This document shows, piece by piece, positions 26,850 through 41,935 of a DNA stretch of 64,000 bases. A program made the position numbers and the translations under genes. This stretch comes from the human T2T-CHM13v2.0 reference genome, Homo sapiens: the NCBI RefSeq assembly GCF_009914755.1, contig NC_060929.1. One strand, given 5' to 3'. Below the pieces are notes generated by a model, which was not told where the DNA came from, did no database searches, and worked only from the letters and a program-made list of their open reading frames with translations. Each line of letters starts with the position of its first letter. Position 1 is the first letter of the stretch.

Positions 26850-28160
26850 ATTTTATGCAAAAATCTACAAGGTTAAAGAGAATGGGAGACGACTGGGCAG
26901 GAACGAAATTTTGAAAGCTGGAAAGCAGAAAGAAGAATTGAATTTGAGTTTGCATGCCTGAGAAAACTGGACCTAAGCAGCAGAGAGAAGGCACAGAAGC
27001 AAGCTGTTTCCTTGCACTGCATGGTCCTAAAGCAGTTGAGGAATAGGCTGCACTAGTTATCTCTGAATGAGAGGCAAAAGGTTGCAGGGGGTGAGGGGAA
27101 AGAGAAGACTGAAAACTGGAGGAATGATTGAAATCTATGTAAGAAGTTAGACCCCAGATCCCCTCCACTGCCGCATTCATCCATTCTAGCAGAACACTAA
27201 AGATTTATCCTTAGGAGGGATTGAGCTGCAGAGTCTGGACTAAGAAAACCAGGAAAGGCTGAGGGATCCGAGGAATGTAATGAAAATGCAAATCAAACTT
27301 CTGGATAACATGAAAACTGAAAAGACAGTGGGAGGATGCTTTTAAAAATCTGAGTGGCAATGCTTTCTAATCTGGAATTCTACCCAACCAAACTGTCATT
27401 TCAGGCTTGATCTCAGGAAATTTACCTCCCACACACAAGTTCTCAGGAAGCTAATTAAAAAGGTAACCTACGAAAATAAGAAGGAGGGGTCCAGAAAACT
27501 AGAAACCCAATACCTGTTAGAAGTAAAAAATTCTAAGGATGACGGGAAAAGGAATTTTAGGAGAACAGCTATGCAGGAGACCAAAGAGCAATCAGCTCAG
27601 ATTGGAGCAAGAGGACACACATCTCCAAAGAGGTGACTCTGCCAAGACGAATTTAACGTTTGAATGGACTGAAAGGAGATTTATCCTTCCATGGGGTAGA
27701 TACATAGAGAACCAAGCAAATGAGAAGGAGAGAGAGATTAGTAAGACTTAGAAAACAATCCTTCTTATTAGGAAAAAATCTAATTATAGAGTATAATACC
27801 ATCAGTGTATTATATTTATATAATCATGGAAATATAATCCTTGAATATTTAATGTCACCAAAAATTATGAGGAAAGTTATATGTCAGGGAGACAATGGGT
27901 AAGATTGCTCAATCCTCATTTTCCAAAGTAAAATAAAAATCAATACATATCCTAAATGAAGAAAGCAATATGGGAATATTATTTAGAAATATGAACATTA
28001 AAAACAAAATAAACAACTATAATAATTGAAAATGGCTGCCAAAGGGAAGCAAGAATGGTGCGGTGCAGGAGACAGATAGGCAGGGGAACATTTTTCATAA
28101 CAAGCTATGTAGAACTATTCACCTTTAAACTATGCATATAGAAAACTATGATAAAGGTAA
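26850..28160 (+). mobile_element. HAL1 (half-L1)-like element, fragmented
   Basis: aaatttacctcccacacac..ttctcaggaagcta and acagctatgcaggagaccaaagagcaatcagctcagattggagcaagaggaca match recalled HAL1; L1-like 3' end near 28030-28160. Confidence 0.7.
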
Positions 28161-28295
28161 ATATACAATTTTTAAAAGAACAATTAACTACTTAACAGAG
28201 CTTATTTAATTACCAATAGCCCACATTCACTGCTTACTAGGAGTCCTTCTAGAAATCCTAGTACTCTGCTCGCAGTAAGAGCCTTAGTGAGGTTT

Positions 28296-28874
28296 TTATT
28301 TTTATTTTTTATTTTTTTTTGTGATTCAGGAGGTATATATGCAGGTTTGTTACACAGGTATATTGTGTGATGCTAGAGTTTAGGCTTCTAATGATCAAGT
28401 AGCCCAAGTAACTAACATAGTACTTGATAGGTAGTTTTTAGACCCTTGGCCCCTTCTCTCCCTGTCCCCCTTTGAAATCCTCAATGTCTATTGCTTCCAT
28501 CTTTGTGTCCATGTGTACTCAATATTTAGTTCCCACTCAGAAGTAAGAACATTCTGTATTTGGTTTTCTGTTTCTGTGTTAATTCACTTAGGATAATGGC
28601 CTCCAGCTGCATCCATGCTGCTGCAAAGGACAGGATTTTGTTATTTCTACAACTGCATAGTATTCCGTGGTATATATGTACCACACTGTCTTTATCCAAT
28701 CCACCATTGATGGGCACCTGGATTGATTCCAAGTTTTTGCTATGGTGAATAGTGCTGAGATAAACATGAGTGCAGGTGTCTTTATGGTAGAATGATTTAT
28801 TTTCCCTCAGGAATGTACCCAGTAATGACATTGCTGGGTTGAATGTTAATTCTATTTTTAGTTTTTTGAGAAAT
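28296..28874 (-). mobile_element. L1PA15-17-like 3' end
   Basis: Antisense 3'UTR (gcaggtttgttacacaggtatattgtgtgatgct..., gataatggcctccagctgcatccatg); degenerate TSD ccttagtgaggttt / ccttcatgagattt. Confidence 0.88.
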
Positions 28875-28915
28875 CCTTCATGAGATTTGAAATTATGAAT
28901 ATTTTATTTAACAAG

Positions 28916-29043
28916 AGCCAGGCATGGTAGTGTGCACCTATAGTTCAGCTACTCAGGAGGATAAGGTGGGGGTGTCCCTTGAACCCAGGAGTTTGAGTCA
29001 GCCTGGGCAATATAGCAAGACCCTATCTTTAAAAATATTAAAA
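28916..29043 (+). mobile_element. FLAM_A-like free Alu monomer
   Basis: agccaggcatggtagtgtgcacctatagttcagctactcaggagg...cccaggagtttgagtcagcctgggcaatatagcaagaccc. Confidence 0.85.
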
Positions 29044-29169
29044 GAGAGAGATGGAGAGAGGATAACAGTTCTCACCTACAAGAGAGGGCAAAAACCTGAG
29101 GGTAGGGATGTAACACTCACTTAATGAACAAAATTTCCTATTTCTCAATATATGTACATTGCTTGAGTA

Positions 29170-29290
29170 TCTCCCAGACTAGATTGTGACTTTTATGAGG
29201 AATAGAGCTGTGTCTATGTCATTTCTTACTTTATCTTCAGCACCAAATACAGCATGGCACAAAAACATCATCACAAATTAAATTAATTAA
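29170..29290 (+). mobile_element. L2 3' end fragment
   Basis: tctcccagactagattgtgacttttatgaggaatagagctgtgtc...atcttcagcacc...cagcatggcaca. Confidence 0.65.
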
Positions 29291-29469
29291 TTGACACATA
29301 TTGGTTTAATACAGAATAGGGGATATCAAATAAAATAGTCATTTCACTAGATAAAGAGTGATGAAGTTATTACAGCTACATTAAGTGATACAGCTCACTA
29401 TTTGGCATCACCAAGTAAATGTGGATGTAATTATTACAGTCTAAGAAGCCCTGCTTAGGAATATATTAG

Positions 29470-29835
29470 TCAGACAAATCTCACATGATCTCACTCATAT
29501 GTGGAAACTAAAATGTCAATCTTGTGGGGCAGTGGCTCTCATTTGTGATCTCAGCTGTGTTCCTGAGGCCAGGAGTTCAAGACCAGCCTCAGTAACATAG
29601 CAAGACCCCTGGCTTTTGGTAGAGCAGCTGTGCTCTGTTGGGGATCCTTTTAGCCCCTGATCAGTTTGGGCTCGCCAAGGCCCACAGGCCAGACTGACTG
29701 AGATGCTGGAACAGCAAAGGTCAACAATACCTTATTAAGCATATGCTCTTTTTTAACCTTCTAATTTATAAGAACGTTTTAAATTAAAAAATTAATTATT
29801 TTAATGGGCAAGTAATTGTATGTATTCATGCGGAA
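29470..29835. mobile_element. Mosaic: L1MA 3'UTR piece (+), deleted FLAM (+), L1P 5'UTR piece (-), L1MA terminus (-)
   Basis: cacatgatctcactcatatgtggaa; gaggccaggagttcaagaccagcc; gagcagctgtgctctgttggggatcc...aacagcaaag; ttaatgggcaagtaattgtatgtattcatg. Confidence 0.65.
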
Positions 29836-32649
29836 CTGTTAAAAGAAAAACAGAAAACAACAAAAACAAAAAACCCACAAAAACCCCATCCAAAGGTCAG
29901 CACCCTCAAAGATTGAAGGCAGATAAGCCCACAAAGATGAGGAAAAAAAATCAACAGAAAAACACTGAAAACTCAAAAAGCCAGAGTTCCCCTTTTCCAC
30001 CAAATGACTGCAACACTCCAGCAAGGGCTCAAGCCTGGGCCGAGGCTGAGATGGCTGAAATGAAAGAAGTAAGCTTCAGAATATGGATAAAAACAAACTT
30101 CACTCAGCTAAAGGAACATGTTGTCACCCAATGCAAAGGAGCTAAGAATCATGATAAAAGAAGTCAGGAGCTGACAGACAAAATAGTCATTTTAGAGAGG
30201 AACAAGGCCAACCTGATAGAGCTGAAAAACACACTACAAGAACTTCACAATGCAATCACAAGTATTAATAGCAGACTAGACAGGGTGGAGGAAAGAATCT
30301 CAGACCTGGAAGACTATTTTTCTGAAATAAGACAGGCAGGCAAGAATAGAGAAAAAAGAATGAAAAAAGAATGAACAAAACCTCTGAGAAATATGGGATT
30401 ATGTAAAGACACCAAATTTATGACTGATTGGGGTACCTGAAAGAGACAGGAGAAGGAAACCAACTGGGAAAACATACTTCAGGATATCATCCAGGAGAGC
30501 TTCCCCAATCTAGCAAGACAGGCCAACATTCAAACTCAGGAAATCCAGAAAACTCCAGTAAGATACTGCATGAGAAAATTATCCCCAGGACACATAATCA
30601 TCAGATTCTCCAAGGTCAAAATGAAAGAAAAAATGTTAAGGTCAGCCAGAGAGAAAGGCCATTGGACTAACATCAGACCTCTCAGCAGAAACCCTATAAG
30701 CCAGAAGAGATAGAGAGCCAATATTCAACATTCTTTAAGAAAAGAATTTCCAACCCAGTTTCATATCCAGCCAAACTAGGCTTTACAAGTGAAGGAAAAA
30801 TAAGATTCCTTTCAGACAAGCAAATGCTGAGGGAATTCATCACGACCATGCCTGCCTTGCAAAAGCTCTTGAAGAAAGCACTAAATATGGAAAGGAAAAA
30901 CTGTTACCAGCCACTGCAAAAACACACTAAAGAGCAAAGACTAATGACACTATGAAGGAAGTAAATCAACAAGCCTGCAAAATAACCAGCTAGCATCATG
31001 ATGACAGGATCAAATTATCACATGACAATACTAACCTTTAATGTAAATGGGCTAAATGCCCCCAATTAAATGGCAAGCTGGATAAAGAACTAACACTCAT
31101 TGATATGCTGTCTTCAAGAGACCAATTTCATGTGCAAAGGCATACATAGACTCAAAATAAAGGGATGGAGGAAAATTTACCAAGCAAATTGAAAACAGAA
31201 AAAAGCAGGGGTTCTCATCCTACTTTCTGACAAAACAAACTTTAAACCAACAAAGATCAAAAAAGACAAAGAAGGGCATTACATAATGGTAAAGGGTTTG
31301 ATTCAACAAGAAAAGCTAACTATCCCAAATATATATGCACTCAATACAAGAGCACCCAGATTTATAAAGCAAATTCTTAGAGATCTTCAAAGAGACTTAG
31401 ACACCCACACAATGATAGTGAGAAATTTTAACACCACACTGACAATATTAGACAGTTCATCAAGAAAGAAAATTAACAAAGATATTCAGGACCTAAATCC
31501 AGCCCTTCATCAAGTGGACCTGATAGATATCTACAGAACTCTCTACCCAAAAACAACAGAATGTACATTCTTCTAATCACCACATGGCACCTACACTAAA
31601 ATTGATAACATAATGGGAAGTAAAACACTCCTCAGGAAATGCAAAAGAACTGAAATAACAAACAGCCTCTCAGACCACAGCACAATCAAATTAGAACTTA
31701 AGATTAAGAAATTCACTCAAAAATATACAACTACATGGAAATTGAATAAAAAGAAATTCACAAGGAAAAAAAACAAACAACCCCATTAAAAAGTGGGCAA
31801 AAGACATGAACAGACACTTCTCAAAAGAAGACATACACAGAGCCAAAAGACATATAAAAAAAAGCTCAGCATCACTGATCATTAGAGAAATGCAAATTAA
31901 AACTACAATGAGATACCATCTAACAACAGTCAGAATGGCAATGAATAAAAAGTCAAAAAATAACAGATGTTGGTGATGTTGTGGAGAAAAATGAACACTT
32001 ATACACTGTTGGTGGGTTGTAAATTAGTTCAACCCTTGTGCAAGACAGTTTGGTGATTCCTTAAAGACCTAAAAACAGAAATACCATTTGGCCCAGGAAT
32101 TCCATTACTGGATATATACCCAAAGGAATATGAATTCCTATATTATAAAGATACATGCATGTGTATGTTCATTGCAGCACTGTTTACTATAAAAAAGACA
32201 TGGAATCAACCTAAATGCCCATCGATGTTAGACTGGGTAAAGAAAATGTGGTACATATTCACATTGGTATACTATGCAAACATAAAAAGGAACAAGATAA
32301 TGTCCTTTGCAGGGACATGGATAGAGCTGGAGGCCATTATCCTTAGCAAACTAATGCAGGAAAAGAAAACCAAATACCATGTGTTCTCACTCATAAATGG
32401 AAGAAGAAAGATGAGAACATATGGGCAAATGAGGGGAGAACAATACATCCTGGGGCCTGTCAGAGTGTAGGGTGTGGGAGGAGGGAGAGCATTAAGAAGA
32501 ATAGCTAATGGATGCTGGGCTTAATTCCTGGGTAATGGGATGATCTGTGCAGCAAACCACCATAGTGCACGTTTACCTATGTAACAAATCTCTACATCCT
32601 TCACATGTATCCCTGAACTTAAAATAAAAGCTGGAAATGAAAAAAAAAA
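29836..32649 (+). mobile_element. L1PREC2/L1PA13-14-like LINE-1: end of 5'UTR, decayed ORF1, ORF2 EN domain, ~2.4-kb internal deletion, 3' end
   Basis: ORFs 29820-30374 (ORF1-like coiled coil), 31286-31576 (EN, NIYALNTRAP), 32159-32470 (ORF2 C-terminus); 3'UTR gggatgatctgtgcagcaaaccacc; A tail. Confidence 0.9.
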
Positions 32650-33672
32650 TCTATTTTAAAATGAGCAAAAGACCTGAATAGATATTTCTGAAAAGAAGAC
32701 ACAAAAATACGTTAGGAAATCAAACAACGCAAAAGTCAGAAAAGAAATAAACTAATTTTAGAAAAGGCAAAAGACTTGAATAGACATTTATCAAAAGAAG
32801 ACATCCTAATGGCCAGAAGGTATATGAAAAACTGCTCAACACCACTAATTATCAGAGAAACGAAAATGAAAACCACAAAAGGATATCACCTCAAACCTGT
32901 TAGAACGGTTATTATCAAAAAGACAAAACATGTTAAGTATTGTTGAGGATGTGGAGAAGAGGTAATGCTTTTACTTTGTTGGTGGTAAGGTAAATTTGTA
33001 TAGCCATTATGAAAAGTGGTTGGGAGGTTTCTCAAAAACTTAAAAATAGAACTACCCATGATCCAGCAATTCCACTTCTGGGTATATGCCCAAAAGAAAC
33101 AAAATCAGTATCTTGAAGAGACATCTGCACTCCCATGTTTATTACAGCATTGTTGACAATAACCAAGATATAGATTTATCCTAAATGTCTATCAACAAAT
33201 CAATGGATTTAAAAAAAATGTGGTATATGAATGCAATGACATATCATTCAGCCTTAAAAAAAGGAATAATCCTGTCATTTTTTCAAACATGGATTAATTT
33301 GGATAACATTATGCTAGGTGAAATAAGCCAGACACAAAAGACAAGTGCTGCATAATCTCTCTTATGTATGGAATCTAAAAACCTAGAACTATGACACAGA
33401 GTAGAATGGTAGTTGAGTATATTTAACAATACTGTACTGATGGTGAATACAGTTAATAATACTATATTGTATACTTGAAATTTTCTGAGAGTCAATCTTA
33501 AAGGTTCTCACCACACACACGTACACAAATGGTAATTATGTGAAGTCATAGACATGTAAATTAGCTTGAATGTGGCAATCATTTCACAATGTATGTATAT
33601 CAAAATATTATGTTATATACATTAAGTACATATAATTTTTGTCAATTATATGTCAATAAAGCTAGAAAAAAA
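32650..33672 (+). mobile_element. L1MA9-like 3' 1 kb, with a duplicated gcaaaagacYtgaataga segment at its start
   Basis: catgatccagcaattccacttctgggtatat..., ttagcttgaatgtggcaatcatttcacaatgta..., gtcaataaagctagaaaaaa. Confidence 0.85.
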
Positions 33673-33716
33673 CTAACCAAAAAGGGTATATTGTTAATCT
33701 CAAGTAAAAGTTAATT

Positions 33717-34186
33717 TTTTACAGATTACTCATTTTATTGATACATAATAATTCTACATATTTGTGGGGATCATGTGATATTTTGCTACATGCATAAACT
33801 GATGAAATAAGGGTAACTGAAATAGCCATCACCTCAAACAATTATTATTTGTTTGTGCTTGGATTATTCCAGAGCTTCTTTTCCAACTATTTTGAAATAT
33901 ACAACTGTAGTCACCCTACTGTGCGATCAAACATTAGAACTTACTCTTTCTATCTAACTGTATGTTTGTACCCATTAACCAACTTCTCTTCATACCCCCC
34001 CAGCCTACCCCCACACACTTTTCCCAGCCTCTGGTAGCCAGCATTTTACCCTCCACCTCCATGAAATTACCTACTTTTGCTCCCACATAGGTGTGAGAAT
34101 GTGCAATATTAGTCTTTCTGTGCCTGGCTTATTTCACTTAACATAATGACCTCTAGTTCCTTCCATGTCACTGCAAATAACAGGAC
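33717..34186 (-). mobile_element. L1MA4-like 3' end with a 14-bp TSD
   Basis: Antisense 3'UTR; TSD agtaaaagt(t/c)aatt at 33703-33716 and 34187-34200. Confidence 0.88.
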
Positions 34187-34711
34187 AGTAAAAGTCAATT
34201 GTGAGATATTTGCTGGAAGTATGACAACAGTATTCTACTTTATGGTCAGTTTTATGTAATCAACAAGTCTTAAATTCGATATAGTAACATTGTTTCTCTC
34301 ATCAGTTGTTTAGATCTCCTTTGTATAAGTTTAAGGAAATACATTTTTAAATGTTTTGTGATAGAAACAAAAAGAGTTTTTCACATTTGTGTCTCAGTGA
34401 AAATCATGCTAATTCAGTATATACACTTGCATCTGTTCTATTTGACAATGAAGGTATATTTCAGAGGTTATCCGTACAAAAAAAGAAGAAAAAAAACCCG
34501 AACAACTTCTTTTGAGGGAGGATCCAGAATTATATGCCTCTATTTAGGGAAGCAATTGAAACAATTATTTCTTTAATCTGAGGACTAACGTCTACTGGCT
34601 GTGGCATTTTTAGCTCCTTTCCTTCAAACCTAACCAAAAACATTGATGATATTTAAATATAAGAATGCATACAATGACACTACATTAACAGCCTTGATGT
34701 TGATTGTGCTT

Positions 34712-35853
34712 TTTTTAAAGCAAACTTTTAATTGAAGTAAAACACACGTTTTTAAGATGCACAAATTCTAAATGTATAGACGAAATTTTTACAAAAGAAG
34801 CACATCCTGCACCTAAATCAAGAGAGATAATGTTACTAGTACACCAGTAGCCACCACATAACTTCTTCCAGTCACCCCCACTACCCTCTTTCCAGGAAAG
34901 AATCATTCTGAATTCTAACGTCAGAGGTTAGTTGAGCCTGTTTATGAAGTTTTATCTTTATATAAATGGAATAACAAGGTGTACTTTTGTATGTGTCTGC
35001 CTTCTTTCATCATAATGCTTGTGAGATTTATCAGCATTCTTTCATGGAATTATAATTTGTTGTAAAATGTTGCACCTTCGTTATTACTTACCTTAAAATA
35101 TCTCCTACTTTCCACCATTTCTTTTTTGAGTTCTTGTTTATTTATTAGTATGTGGCTTAAATTTCAAGCAGTTTGGGATTTTCTAGTTTATTTTTTTGTA
35201 CTGATATCTAGGTTATTTCCACCAAAATAAAATTACATATTTCTAATTCTTTCAGTATTTTGAAATTTGTTGATATTTGCTTTGACTCACCATATGGTCA
35301 AGTGGTCAACTTTTTGGTTTTTTTGAGACAGAGTCTCACTCTGTCCCCCAAGCTGGAGTGCAAGCTCCACCTCCCGAGTTCACACCATTCTCCTGCCTCA
35401 GACTCTTTTGTAAATGTAATATTTTTGTTTGAAAAGGAATTTTCTTCTGTTCTTATTGATACAGTTTTCTATGTATGTCAAAAAAGTCAATTTTGCTCAT
35501 TGGTTTTTCAGGTTTTTTATAACTTTATTGATTTTATTTTTGCTTGTCTTAAGTACTTAGAGAGTTGCTTTAGTCTCTTAATATAATTGTGGATTTTTCT
35601 GTTTTTCCCTTTATTTCTATCAGTGTGTGCTATGATGTTGACCATATAGAGATTTAGAGCCTTATGCTTTTCAACTTATTTGATCCTTTTGCCAATAGTA
35701 AATGTCCCATTTCATCTGTAAAAATGCATTTCTATTAATGTTTATCTTATATTAATAAAGCTACTCCATTGTTGTACATGACTGCAAAGTACATGTATTT
35801 CCTTTATTTTATTTTTAAGTTAATCTGTCCCTTATATTTATGGTTTTTCAAAT
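34712..35853 (-). mobile_element. Old L1ME-like element, 3' part; host of the AluY fragment and the L1PA2
   Basis: ttttaattgaagtaaa...gcacaaattctaaatgtatag...atataaatggaataa; antisense ORF2-like ataattgtggattt... Confidence 0.7.
35311..35401 (-). mobile_element. Short AluY 3' fragment with an internal deletion
   Basis: gagacagagtctcactctgtc...gctggagtgcaagctccacctcccgagttcacaccattctcctgcctcag; AluY diagnostics aagctcc and ttcaYRccattct. Confidence 0.85.
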
Positions 35854-35871
35854 ATAAGAAGCATATAGTCA

Positions 35872-36784
35872 GAGGAGGAGCCAAGATGGCCGAATAGGAA
35901 CAGCTCCGGTCTACAGCTCCCAGCATGAGCGACACAGAAGATGGGTGATTTCTGCATTTCCATCTGAGGTACTGGGTTCATCTCACTAGGGAGTGCCAGA
36001 CAGTGGGCGCAGGTCAGTGGGTGCGTGCACCGTGCATGAGCTGAAGCAGGGTGAGGCATTGCCTCACTCGGGAAGCGCAAGGGGTCAGGGAGTTCCCTTT
36101 CCTAGTCAAAGAAAGGGGTGACGGACGGTACCTGGAAAATCGGGTCACTCCCACCCAAATACTGCACTTTTCCGATGGACTTAAAAAACGGCGCACCACG
36201 AGATTATATCCCGCACCTGGCTCGGAGGGTCCTACGCCCACGGAGTCTCACTGATTGCTAGCACAGCAGTCTGAGATCAAACTGCAAGGCTGCAGCGAGG
36301 CTGGGGGAGGGGCGCCCGCCATTGCCCAGGCTTGCATAGGTAAACAAAGCAGCCAGGAAGCTCGAACTGGGTGGAGCCCAACACAGCTCAAGGAGGCCTG
36401 CCTGCCTCTGTAGGCTCCACCTCTGGGGGCAGGGCACAGACAAACAAAAAGACAGCAGTAACCTCTGCAGACTTAAATGTCCCTGTCTGACAGCTTTGAA
36501 GAGAGCAGTGGTTCTCCCAGTACACAGCTGGAGATCTGAGAATGGGCAGACTGCCTCCTCAAGTGGGTCCCTGACCCCTGACCCCTCACCCCCGAGCAGC
36601 CTAACTGGGAGGCACCCTGCAGCAGGGGCACACTGACACCTCACACGGCAGGGTACTCCAACAGACCTGCAGCTGAGGGTCCTGTCTGTTAGAAGGAAAA
36701 TTAACAAACAGAAAGGACATCCATACCAAAAACCCATCTGTACATCACCATCATCAAAGACCAAAAGTAGACAAAACCACAAAG
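35872..36784 (+). promoter_or_regulatory. L1 5'UTR containing the internal sense promoter and the antisense promoter region
   Basis: YY1 motif aagatggcc at 35883-35891; locally CpG-retaining; promoter role follows from known L1PA/L1HS 5'UTR architecture, activity here untested. Confidence 0.75.
36248..36322 (-). pseudogene. L1 ORF0, truncated at codon 25 (MAGAPPPASLQPCSLISDCCASNQ*)
   Basis: ATG at 36322-36320; CGA>TGA at 36250-36248; the downstream frame continues as GVGPSEPGAGYNLVVRRFLS (ORF 36014-36241). Confidence 0.85.
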
Positions 36785-37801
36785 ATGGGGAAAAAACAGA
36801 ACAGAAAAACTGGAAACTCTAAAAAGCAGAGCACCTCTCCTCCTCCAAAAGAATGCAGTTCCTCACCAGCAACGGAACAAAGCTGGACGGAGAACGACTA
36901 TGACGAGCTGAGAGAAGAAGGCTTCAGACAACCAAATTACTCTGAGCTACGGGAGGATGGTCAAACCAAAGGCAAAGAAATTGAAAACTTTGAAAAAAAT
37001 TTAGAAGAATGTATAACTAGAATAACCAATACAGAGAAGTGCTTAAAGGAGCCGATGGAGCTGAAAACCAAGGCTCGAGAACTACGTGAAGAATGCAGAA
37101 GCCTCAGGAGCCGATGTGATCAACTGGAAGAAAGGGTATCAGCAATGGAAGATGAAATGAATGAAATGAAGTGAGAAGGGAAGTTTAGAGAAAAAAGAAT
37201 AAAAAGCAATGAGCAAAGCCTCCAAGAAATATGGGACTATGTAAAAACACCAAATTTACGTCTGATTGGTGTACCTGAAAGTGACGGGGAGAATGGAATC
37301 AAGTTGGAAAACACTCTGCAGGATATTATCCAGGAGAACTTCCCCAATCTAGCAAGGCAGGCCAACGTTCAGATTCAGGAAATACAGAGAACACCACAAA
37401 GATACTCCTCGAGAAGAGCAACCCCAAGACACATAATTGTCAGATTCACCAAAGTTGAAATGAAGGAAAAAATGTTAAGGGCAGCCAGAGAGAAAGGTCG
37501 GGTTACCCTCAAAGGGAAGCCCACCAGACTAACAGCGGATCTCTTGGCAGAAACCCTACAAGCCAGAAGAGAGTGGGGGCCAATATTCAACATTCTTAAA
37601 GAAAAGAATTTTCAACCCAGAATTTCATATCCAGCCAAACTAAGCTTCATAAGTGAAGGAGAAATAAAATACTTTATAGACAAGCAAATGCTGAGAGATT
37701 TTGTCACCACCAGGCCTGCCCTAAAAGAGCTCCTGAAGGAAGCACTAAACATGGAAAGGAACAACCGGTACCAGCTGCTGCAAAATCATGCCAAAATGTA
37801 A
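36785..37801 (+). pseudogene. L1 ORF1p (338 codons, frame intact), one nonsense codon at position 130
   Basis: MGKKQNRKTGNSK...; TGA at 37172-37174 (consensus CGA); same frame open to TAA at 37799-37801. Confidence 0.95.
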
Positions 37802-37864
37802 AGACCATCGAGACTAGGAAGAAACTGCATCAACTAACGAGCAAAATCACCAGCTAACATCATA

Positions 37865-41696
<3,832 letters not shown>

Positions 41697-41935
41697 ACAA
41701 TGAGATCACATGGACACAGGAAGGGGAACATCACACTCTGGGGACTGTTGTGGGTTGGGGGTAGGGGGGAGGGATAGCACTGGGAGATATACCTAATGCT
41801 AGATGACAAGTTAGTGGGTGCAGCGCACCAGTGTGGCACATGTATACATATGTGACTAACCTGCACAATGTGCACATGTACCCTAAAACTTAAACTATAA
41901 TAATAAAAGAAAAAAAAATAAGAAGCATATAGTCA

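Noticed and set aside
29820-30374. 184-aa coiled-coil ORF as a host gene
   Set aside because: Decayed L1 ORF1 of the L1PREC2-like element.
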